A DNA stretch of 64,000 bases from Cyanidioschyzon merolae (Eukaryota): NCBI GenBank assembly GCA_000091205.1, contig AP006488.2, one strand, 5' to 3'. This document shows, piece after piece, positions 54,251-64,000 of this stretch. The stretch's first letter is position 1, and every line of letters starts with the position of its first letter. Position numbers and translations under genes: made by a program. The notes below the pieces were generated by a model. The model was not told the DNA's origin and ran no database searches. It worked only from the letters and a program-made list of their open reading frames with translations.

Positions 54251-56304
54251 GCGCTCATCGCGGCGATGACATCTGATTGTGGTCAAGTGTTCCCCTATGT
54301 ACCCGAAAACTGTCCTTCCAAGGGCGGCCCTGCAGATCATGAACCCTTTCTTCATCGTCCGGCACATACCAACTTGACAGCCAGGAAAGGGTCCTGTCCG
54401 TTCTCTCCTCCGTTTCCGGGTCCGACGGCGAACTCTACGATGACGTGCTTGAGCTGGGTGACTACTTGGCGAGTACTATGTCTGCTGCGCGCCCGAGTGC
54501 TCGCTGTTCTATTCGATAGAGGATTCACGGAACGCTATGTTGACCATGCTGAAACAAGTACCAGAAGGAAGCTCCAGGTTGTGAAAGCGCTTGAGGGCTC
54601 TCGATCCATGCACGCCCCCAGGCTCAAAGCTGTGGCGGAATCTCGAGTGGAAGCGATCGCAGCGACGACTCTAGTTCCAGTCCAAGAAACTTTTCCAGGC
54701 GGAAAAATGAGATGGGTGCATCTGGGAGCATATCCCGTGAGCCAGGTATCATTCTGCTGCCGAATATATTTCGTCGATGACGATGAACAGAGAAGGGTTT
54801 AACTTTCGAAAGGAAACGAGTTTTTTACGTGAAATATCGGGAGCTCTTTCGGCATGGGCTGTTGAAGAGCTCGCCAAGACACATTGTCGAGCTTTCGCTT
54901 CCTCATTAATGCTTCGCCATGAATCGCTGAACAGACGAGATGACTTGAAACAGAGAAACGGACAATTTGAACATGGCTCTCCTGGGCGTTGTAAAAGTTA
55001 GGGAAGCAGAATGGTAAAGGCCTCCACCAATGAATCGGATTACAGTGTCGGTGGCTTTATGGAAGTTTGCTCGAGGATGTTGCATATCACCTTGATTACG
55101 ATGATGTCACGGATTCCGGCAGGAAAAACTTCGAAGGGGCCAGTCCGATAAGACGACCTAGAGTCCAAGTATAGGTATTCGTCCGTGAACGCGTACTGCA
55201 ATAGTTTGGATCTCGGGGCTCCACATCTAAGAAAACGCTCGAAAAAAAGCGCAATGCAAGAACAGCGCAAATCGTTCAGTACTCGAATATAGTTTAGCAA
55301 GGGAATTGGAGCTGAATGGCCAGCTAGGCAGTCTATAGAAGAAAATCGTTTTTTTACGCCTGTTCAGCCTGGCCGTCTTCATGCTCCAGATGTATTCCGT
55401 TGCCGGTTTCTTGGCTAAGGTTTCCATTAGTACTGAACGCGTTTCTTCACAAGGCACATCGCTGTAACCTGGTGGTTGTGTGCGACTCCTGTGGAAACGT
55501 CGGATCATCGGGTCACATACGGGCAATATTCGAAGCTATCATAAGCTCATCCGATTCTTTCGAGCATTTGGAAAAGCTTTATCACCAATTGCAGGGAGCA
55601 TTTAGTCGGTGAATTTGTCTTTAGCGTTTGGTAGACTTATGCGTCAAAAGAGCGTGTGGCTGAACCTTATTCGAGCAATGCTCATCCGCTGTCTAGTGCA
55701 TCTATGGTCCATATCTAAGAGGTTGCACGTTGCTAATGAAGAATTTTACAAAACACGACGACAAGACAAAAAATCACGATACCATCTTCGCCTTGGACCA
55801 TGCTTTCAGCGAGGCGGCCTCCAGACTCGCTCGTCCGTCGAAACCTGCACGTGTTATTTCTGATGGCACCTACTGCAGCACCAGGACGCGCGGACGCAGC
55901 TAAGGTTGCCTCTGGAGACGGTGCCGACATGATCCAAAAGGTGGAACTCGGTCAAGTTCGGCGAGCTTTCGCAACAAAATATGGAATTGGATACAGCAAA
56001 GGCAACTCTGAGTGCAGAGCACTGCCAGTAGTCTCTGTGTTTCGGATCCCATATAGTAAATAAATGTTATCAATCTGTACAGCAAGTCTTGCAAGTTTCT
56101 AACTAGCTGGACAAACTGCGGCCACAGATCCTCTGGCGACGATATCGAATCACAATTGAACATTGGCTTGAGTCGTGTCGGTTGAGCGATGTAGGAGTCT
56201 CGGCCTAGACGAATAGACTCGGTCTGCGAATCGCTTGACGTACGGGTTCGGCGCAGCATGCTGATGCCAATAAAGAAGCGAGATTGCAGCGAGAGCTCGA
56301 TTCT

Positions 56305-57516
56305 CTATGACCTACTGGCCTCCTGTTTTGTAGATTCGCGAGTCGGGCTTGGGATTCTGGAGGCTCCTAGTCGCCAGGTCAAGGGCTCCACTCCGGTAAC
56401 ATGCCAAATCAACATTTCCAGGCCTCGAAAAAAGCCTGTATCATCGAGCAACTGATTACACCAACCCGAGATAATGCAGTACTTTTCGTGGTAGGGGCTT
56501 TGATGATGTTGACCATGTGCTCGTTGGCTGATGAGCCATCCCGATCGTTGCAGAAACATGGCGAAGCTCGGTGGCCGAATCATGTGGCTCCATTTGTGGA
56601 ATTCCTGCGCAAAAGCAACACTGAGAAAGAAAACGCAGCTGAAACTCCGTAAATAGATTGATGTCCATTCAGCAGATGTGCCCCATGCGCCACTAAATGC
56701 AACCAGGAGCAGCGGTAATAAACTATTCACGCAGCTCTTGAATACGTTATTGCAAAAATCACGATGCGTGATCGTCCATGGATACTGATGGTGGCCCTGA
56801 AAAGCAGCAATCTGTTCCCCAAAAATGGGTGTTTCTCGGGACCCATAATTATCGAGGAAGAAATGGTAAATGCCGGAGGCGAAGTCGGCCATGATGTACG
56901 CGAAGAGAGCTGTAGCGCCCTCAAGCGCAACGCGAACCACTGGATAAAGATGTGCCGCTTGCGGTGTCTCGGCTGCCAGAAGGCAATGCATCTCCCAGAA
57001 TATCCGAAGCATCGCAAAGACACCAAGAGAAACTGTTGCCGCGACAACAACTTTTTCCTGGGGCGAGGATTCGAGCCGATCGCGCTCTAGAACTAGCGTC
57101 GCTTCCTTTTTTGGTTTCCGCACCATGCCTCTTCGCAATGCAGGTATCGATTCTCTCTCAGGTATCAGGTCGGTGTCAGCACTGCTGTGAAGTGTCCCGA
57201 CAGCGCCTCTCCCGCGGTGCAATTTTCGACCCGTAGACAACCGACCACTTGCGAGAGACTGTGCAGAGATTGCGACCACTTGACCGAGACGGAAGCGGGA
57301 CAGACCGGGGTCTACCTCAGCAACAACCGATCTTCGACTCTGAATTGCACGTCCCATTCGCAAGATTGTGCTGAACGTAGGTGACAGGAAGGCCAAGGTG
57401 CTGCAAGCGTTCACCCTCGCCTCACACTGCACGCTCCGCTTCTCCATACCTAGCGCCTCCCTGTCAAGCATACCAGTACCTGGTGCCGAATCATTTAGAA
57501 TGTTGCCACAAGACAT
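56305..57516 (-). CDS. TMEM189/CarF/FAD4-family membrane lipid desaturase (Kua domain) with a long N-terminal extension.
   Basis: His-box motifs 'FAQEFHKWSHM' and 'HGQHHQSPYHEKYCIISGWCN' in the membrane C-terminal half. True ATG at 57516. Confidence 0.55.
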   Translation of the reverse strand: MSCGNILNDSAPGTGMLDREALGMEKRSVQCEARVNACSTLAFLSPTFSTILRMGRAIQSRRSVVAEVDPGLSRFRLGQVVAISAQSLASGRLSTGRKLHRGRGAVGTLHSSADTDLIPERESIPALRRGMVRKPKKEATLVLERDRLESSPQEKVVVAATVSLGVFAMLRIFWEMHCLLAAETPQAAHLYPVVRVALEGATALFAYIMADFASGIYHFFLDNYGSRETPIFGEQIAAFQGHHQYPWTITHRDFCNNVFKSCVNSLLPLLLVAFSGAWGTSAEWTSIYLRSFSCVFFLSVAFAQEFHKWSHMIRPPSFAMFLQRSGWLISQRAHGQHHQSPYHEKYCIISGWCNQLLDDTGFFRGLEMLIWHVTGVEPLTWRLGASRIPSPTRESTKQEASRS

Positions 57517-59864
57517 AAAAATCGGAGCTCAATTGATCCAAAAAGCTTCGTAGGCAGGCACAGCCGGTTCACTTTTCCCAGAAAAAATTCCGCTTCCGTG
57601 ATCGTAGCATCGCTATGGTGAATGGCGCATCGCCGTGGCGGGCACCGCCCCGCGTGCGTCGGATGCGGCACATGTGGGAGTGATGGATATTCTAGACATT
57701 TGCGCACTGATACCCCACCGAAGACGACGGCTTTGATGTATTCACTTGTTTTTGCTGTTTCGTGACACCGTTCAGCTCTTGCTGAACATGACTGACGCGC
57801 TGCTATGTGACGACCTGTACAAAAGCTTAATATAATTTTGAGAGGGAAACCAGGGCTGCTGCCCTCTTGGAACGCTCCGGGCTGCTGTTACCTGCGTCAG
57901 GAGTAGTACTAGGTTTCGAGGTAGCAGACTGTCAGGGTACGCAGTGTGGGACTTGAAAACCTACTTTAACCCGTTCAGGGACTGGAATCCCACTCTGCAG
58001 ACACTGTTACTAGGTACGCTGGGGTTTCCTGGGTTCCAAAACGCTTTTCTGGTGCAGGACTGGCGTCTGACAGGACGGTGAGCGTCTGGCGCTAAGATAG
58101 GCTGTTTGGTGCCGTACAGGCTTCAGAGACTCACGCCAGAGTATTTGTCGTGGCCGGAAATTGCGCAGGGGGCCATAATCTGTGTGGGGAACTATCTCAT
58201 GGTCAGATACTCTCGGCAGTTTACCCGCAGTCTGTCATCTCGAGCCCCTCTGCTGACCGAGATAGACCCGCATTCCTGCGGGTATGGGCGTAGTTGCTTA
58301 TTTTTCAGAACATGGCACTCAAATATACTTTTGGTGATTCGCTATAGTCCTCCGTTAGTTGAATATATGCTCGAAACTGTCACCTGAAAGGGTCAAGGTT
58401 GTAAGACAGCTTCCAACCTGCCCTGTGGCCCGTGCACGCTATACGAGCAGCCTGCAAGCTAGATGACCGTAAGATGGACACGGTCTTGTTGGACAAATTC
58501 GGTTCATACCATCACGGGGATTTCGAGCACTAGTGAGTCCAAAATTCGTCGTATCCATCTAGAACGAGTTTCCGTATAGCATACGAAAGCTATGAGTGGC
58601 TGGCAATTTTTCGCCGCGCAAAATTCAAGCAGCTCATGTGTCCCAGATCTGGGAAGGCTGCTGCTAGAAAACGCATAATCATATACCTCATATGAAAAGA
58701 GATTCAGCAGCGTCGCTTCCGCGAATACGGACTTGCAATGGAGTCGATCTCGACTCTGAAGTGGACGTCCCGCGAAACGCCATAGATTAGCGCTCGCTGC
58801 AGGTTGTATGTGTGCCCTTTTCAGCCTGAACCGCGATACGTGTACTGCGAACAACGAGCAGTATAGAAAGTTGTTCCCAACGCCCCCATGTGGAGTCTAA
58901 GATTTCGTCGCACTCTTCTTGGACTGGCGAGTGAGGGCAGCCCACCAATGTTTTCATCATTACATAAATCGTAGCTAAAAGTTGAGAAGGTCTAATCCGT
59001 GTGAACGAACGGGTCCGAGGTATCGTCCTCATCACCTGGGAGTTGAGACAACGATGTAAATGGTCGTTGCTTCTTTCACCCGCTGTGAACGATTTCCTAT
59101 AAGCTCCGTTGTTCCTCTGAACAATCAAACGCCATCTGGACGTTGTGGCAATAGGAAACAGCAGAGGTCACGACTTGCTTGCTCCTGGATGCAAATGGTA
59201 TCGCGCACAGCATAAATTCCTTCTGTTTTCGTCAGTGGCTGAGACCTAAAGCATTTTTTTACCGTAAAAATATCCTATTGTGGGTGTCTGAATAGTACAG
59301 CAAGAGAAAAACTACAGCGTCGGTAGAAGGCCGTGAAACCGGTTCCTGCGCGACCTCGATTACAAGTTGCTTGATTCGGTGGAAGCTTGTGAGCCACAAA
59401 CTGGTTCTGAGTTGAAGTGATTGAACTTGGACGTTAAAAGTGCACAGCCGTCGAGTCGAGCACCGCACTAGTCCCTGCCCACACGGGTGACGGCTTCGAG
59501 CCTGCACAAAGATCGGCCGAGATAGGATACTCCCTTAAGGCACATTTGGACAGATTCAAGTAGAGTTGCTGCGGGTTGAGCCCTAATATCGCAACACGGA
59601 CGCATTTTCCATGTTTGTGTGACACCTCCACTCCTGGAAACGAGCCCTGCGTGAAACCCTCAATTACGTGGCCATTAGAAGACCCCTAACTGTGATCAGG
59701 CAGTTTCCAAGTGAGTTGGAAGGGTTGGCTCCGACGCTCTGCACCTGGTGGACTGCATACTGGCAATGAGAAGTTTGGATTTGTAAAACACTATCCGCGG
59801 ACCGCGCCAAGGCTGGGGCGAGCGTGGCAGAGGCGTCAATTATAGGCTTGCTTCCTGCGCTGCT

Positions 59865-62649
59865 ATGCTGCGCTTCTTCATGGCCTATCTGTGGTTCACG
59901 ACTTCTTTGAAGGTTTCATGCGCCGCGCAGGCTCCTACGTATGACGTACGGTGGACCTGGATCGGTGGGTACCAGGGTGTCAATCACCCTGGCCAGTACG
60001 GGGCTCTGAACGAGACCTCTGCCAGCAGCGTGCCGAGCACTCGTTATTTACCAGCGGCTTGGGCTGAAGCCCACGGTTTAGTGCATTTGTTAGGTGGTTA
60101 CGGGTATGGAAACACTACTTTCGGCTATCTGAATGACTTTTGGATGTTTAGACTCAGCTCTTTTGAATGGACTTGTATCGGTGGCTCATCAGAGGCCGAC
60201 GAGTCGGGGCACGATGGCGCGTTTCAGGTAAGAAGCCCTAATAATATACCCGGTGGTCGATACGGCTGCGCTTACTGGCAGACTGATGTGCATCATCTCT
60301 GGCTGTATGGCGGGCCTGGACTCGATGCATACGGGTATCGAGGTTCCCGAAACGGCATCTGGATGTACGACAGTGAGAGCGGGAGCTGGACATGGGTTAC
60401 CGGGAGTAACAGCACTGATCCTTCTGCGGCGTACGGGCCCATAGGGACTTGGGACTCTAACTATAATCCTGGAGCCCGATCCGAAACCGGCGTCTGTATG
60501 CGTTTGGATGACTCCGTGTGCCTGTTTGGTGGCTTGAAAGAAATCGATTCTTTGTCTGACCTGTACTGCTTTTCTCCCGCATGCCGTCAATGGGCTATCA
60601 TGAATGGATCTCAGGTAGCGAATCAGCCTGGAAAGTACAACGAGCCTGGAGTTGCGAGCAAGCCGAACGCTCCTGGGCACGCAAGGGCCCCGTCACGTGG
60701 ACGGATACCGAAGGAAACCTTTGGATGTTCGGGGGATTCGGATAAGTGGACAGTTCATCACGGCCCGGTTACCTGAATGATCTATGGCTCTACAACACGA
60801 GTCAGTCAGTCTGGATCTATGTGGCGGGCAATGCGTGTATCGATTCTCCTGGATCTTATGGGTGATTCGGTTCGTTCAAATCGAACATGTATCCCGGTGC
60901 AAGAGGTTTGGGCAACGGGTTCGTGGATGCAATGGGTAACCTGCTGCTCTGCGGTGGTATCGGTTATTCACCAGCTACTGATGCAGTTGGATAGGTTAAC
61001 GATCTTTGGGTTTTCGATGTTGCTCAGAGGCAGTGGGCATGGATATGTGGAAATTCGTCGGTGAATGGGGATCCCGTGTATGAATTTCAGTACGAATCTA
61101 ATCCATATGTCGCGCCTGGCGCCCGGTATGGGTCCGCCCTGTGGAATACCAGTGGAAACGATCCGATAATATTTGGAGGGTACGGATCATATTTAAGTAC
61201 GAATGGATTTCTTAATGATGTCTTCGCGCTCGACGTATCAGTGACCGCGTCAACACCAACACCGACACCGACACTAACTCATAGACCATCACCGACGCCG
61301 ACACCGACACCGACACCAAATCGAACACCAACACCAACGTAGACGTCGACACAAACACAGACACGAAAGCCGACGACAATGCTGACGCCGCTGCCTACTC
61401 CAGCAATAGCCGGTATCGCATTCTCTGTGGTTGTCAGTATAATGAACAAGACCGTGTGTGTTGATGTTGCGGTCGTTCTCCGGGATAATCTAGAGGCAAC
61501 GCTGAATGGAACTGGAGCTAACGTCACTGTGTCGGATAACTACGATAGTATCTTCGTGTCAATAGCCTCGCGCTTCGCCGATTCGTACGAGAGAAGCAGC
61601 CTCGACTTTCGACGTGTATTCAGCGCGACATCAGCAGTGAATGCAAGCTACAATGTCTCTATCCTGGCACCTACTGCACTCGTATCCAATGTGACGGAGA
61701 TCTCTACCAATTTTACAAGTAGCGTTCCAAGAATCCTGCCAAGGGGAGCGAGTCTCGTTGCGGTCTCGACGCCGACAGTTGTGCCAACACCCACACCGAC
61801 ACCAACACCGACACCAACACCGACACCAACACCGACACCAACACCTTCAGCAACGCATACGCCTTCCGTCTCAGTGTCGCCCTCACCGACAGCAAATGTT
61901 ACACAGGTCCCTGTGGGTGGCGGAACTGGGGTCTGCTTCCCAGAGGATGCCTCAGTGCTTATTGAGGTCTTGGCAATACGCGGCGGATAAGCGAATTGCG
62001 TCCAGGTATGGCCGTGATTTGCGTCGATTCACGTGGGCGACTCTTCGAGGACACAGTTCTGGGGTGGTTGCACAAAGATTTTCGCGCCACAGCAGAAAAC
62101 CTATTGATCAAGACGCGTTCGGGGAAGGAGCTGCGCTTGACGAGGCAGCATCTGGTGTACCGGATGAACGAGAACCCGAGAGTCCCGGGTCGCAAAATGA
62201 CAGCTGTGTCGAGTCTTTCACATTAGAAAGAGCAGCACATACAGAAGATCCTCGAACTGGAGACGTCTGTAGGTGAAGCGGTTTTCGCAGAAGATATCCG
62301 CATAGGCGACGCTTTATTCGACATTGCTGCACACCTGCCAGACCCCGTGGTGGCAATTGACACTCTCGTTACGAGTGATGGCCTCTATGCGCGGCTGACG
62401 CGCTCAGGGCGCGTTGTGGTCGACGGAATCCTTGTTAGCTGCTACGGGACCTATGCATCACACACTGTGGCACATGCTGCATTGTGGCCTGCGCGGGTTG
62501 AACTTTTGCGCAAGATATGGGGATCAGCGCTCGGCTCTGACAGCACAGAAGGTATCATGCCATATGCAGAAGGACTGTACCGCGTATGGACAAGTGCAGC
62601 GCGTATTCTGAAAGATAGTCGCGTGAATGCTATAGCTGTTGCCTGCTAA
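59865..62649 (+). pseudogene. Disrupted gene for a secreted Kelch-repeat propeller, Thr/Pro-rich linker and Hedgehog-type Hint (Hog) domain with an ARR/SRR-like tail.
   Basis: Signal peptide 'MLRFFMAYLWFTTSLKVSCAAQA'. At least 6 Kelch units (GGYG...LNDLW). (TP)n linkers. Hint: 'GVCFPEDASVLIE', 'RPGMAVICVDSRGRLFEDTVLGWLH', 'LLIKTRSGKELRLTRQHLVY', 'GLYARLTRSGRVVVDGILVSCYG...AHAALWPARV', 'IMPYAEGLYRVWTSAARIL'. Frame path 0>2>1 with frameshifts near 60690 and 61966. In-frame TAA (~60741), TGA (~60863), TAG (~60991), TAG (61340) and TAG (62227). Confidence 0.65.
61790..61850. repeat. Hexanucleotide (ACACCG/ACACCA)n tract encoding (Thr-Pro)n in the Kelch-Hog linker. A similar tract lies at about 61240-61340.
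   Basis: caccgacaccaacaccgacaccaacacc... Confidence 0.8.
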
Positions 62650-64000
62650 GAATGCGCTGCGAAGCAAAGAAGGGGTAGAGCTGATACTGGAGACCAATTC
62701 TGAGATGCCTCGCAGACACTTTGCGACTTTTTTTACGAGTATTATTCGTAGTAGGATTCTCCGAACCGAAAAAGATCCAGGGAGAGGCTGTTTTGACAAG
62801 CGGACCAAGAACGGAATTCTAGCACTAATAAGGAAGGTGAAATTCATTCCAGGCAGAGGATTTCCGCAAAAGAGGAGTCCAGTCAGAAATATTTGTCGAG
62901 AAGAAAAAACTGGTGAGAAGAACCATCCATGGCTACAGCATCCGAGGTAGTCCGATTGAAAAAGGCGCGATCAACTCTACAGGTGCATGGATCGTTGGGA
63001 TTCCATGGGTGCTGTCAGGTGCCAAAGTCATCCGTCGAAATATGCTCCAAGTGAGAATTTACCGGTTTGATATGTGGATATGCTCATGTACGGATGAGCG
63101 CGAATTCGATGTTCGATCGAAGGGAAGCTACCAGTTCTCCAAATGGGATAAATTATATCACGTCGCGGGAGAAAATGATATAATGTATGATACGTTAACC
63201 AGATTTGCGCTGGACGGAAAAAGCCAAAAGTGTTTTATAGAGGCTCGAGCTTTCCACTCAGGCACAGGAACGACAACAGAAAGATTCGCGATGAAAAGCG
63301 TAAACATATGAAAGATACCTACTGGAATCTCGTCAGTTATGATGTGCAGAAAAAACAGCACTGGGGTACAATTAGAAGTACAAGACAGCAGACCTAATTT
63401 GAAGAGACGTATGGAGGGGAAACAAGCGTCCGTGAATTACCAGAAAAAGTTACATTTAAGACAATGGAAACCTAACAATAAAAAATCTCATAAAAAATAC
63501 CAAAAAAAGAATCGCCCCTAGAGGAAGCATCCAACACATAAGCGTTATTGAAACTAGAAGAGGGGCTAACAGTATAAAGCGACGATTAATTACAGGGCCA
63601 AATTTTGCTCATATGCCAAATAGAGGGAAGAAAGCCAAAGGATTTGATATAACCAACATACAAAATGAGACACTATTATTGAGAAACGGAAGCAGGGTGA
63701 CGAAAAAATGTTAAAAAGGAGAAGGCGCTATGAGAATGTCCGCAGAAAGTGCCCAGCAGTACTACGTAGTGTAGAGAACGGTATTTCCAATAAACAGTGC
63801 CACATACCCAACAACCTGCACAAAATTGAGATCCACTATAAGAGCAGCAACCGACTCTCAACTATTCTGTGCCAAAGAAATCAAGATGTACAAAATGGAG
63901 CAAAATACAGCAATAAAACAATGCGAAGAATGCAGAACAAAAATCGGATAACACGGAAAGAAAGGAAACGGCGGAAGCTGGGGAGAATGGGGGGAATGGG

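Noticed and set aside
60690-62230. Possibility that the in-frame TAA/TGA/TAG in the Kelch-Hog gene reflect a non-standard genetic code.
   Set aside because: All three stop codons would have to be sense codons. Yet nine other genes here have 600-1350-codon ORFs ending on standard stops with no internal stops. Co-occurring frameshifts also point to a pseudogene or sequence error.

Overview
This is eukaryotic nuclear DNA. It is GC-rich (about 55-60%), gene-dense, and has essentially no visible introns. The ORF track counts TTG/GTG/CTG as starts, so I re-anchored several N-termini to the first ATG.

Housekeeping genes I can recognise:
- Sec23 (5287-7614, minus)
- MCM5 (11168-13474, plus)
- symplekin (13775-17833, minus)
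- acyl-protein thioesterase LYPLA1-like (20752-21450, minus)
- Rrp6-like 3'-5' exonuclease (22143-23621, plus)
- GatB (28618-30555, minus)
- archaeal-type 3-dehydroquinate synthase II (33568-35061, minus)
- APC4 (35915-37756, plus)
- Rab1-like GTPase (37998-38627, minus)
- PepN-type M1 aminopeptidase (42418-45393, minus)
- PlsC-type LPAAT (50095-51216, minus)
- TMEM189/FAD4-family desaturase (56305-57516, minus)

Several of these are prokaryote-type enzymes with N-terminal extensions that look like organelle presequences.

The most notable accessory content is a decaying family of roughly 3 kb Fanzor/TnpB-like elements. Three are near-full (A about 8100-11075, plus; B about 45595-48250, minus; D about 51295-54250, minus) and one is a 5' fragment (C about 48420-49235, plus). 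The encoded protein has RuvC-I ([10 protein letters not shown]) and RuvC-III (NRDFNAAINI) motifs. Each near-full copy lies immediately 5' of a host gene and in the same orientation (MCM5, PepN, LPAAT). Their 3' ends share a conserved tail ending in a hairpin, after which the sequence is copy-specific; this is a candidate omegaRNA scaffold plus guide.

A second notable locus (59865-62649) encodes a secreted Kelch-propeller, Thr/Pro-rich linker and Hedgehog-type Hint/Hog domain, but it is broken by two frameshifts and about five in-frame stops.

There are also several mini- and microsatellites: a 14-bp unit repeated about 25 times at 38852-39200, and a 50-bp unit repeated 7 times at 30633-30985 just upstream of GatB.

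I found no rRNA or CRISPR, and could not confirm any tRNA by eye.
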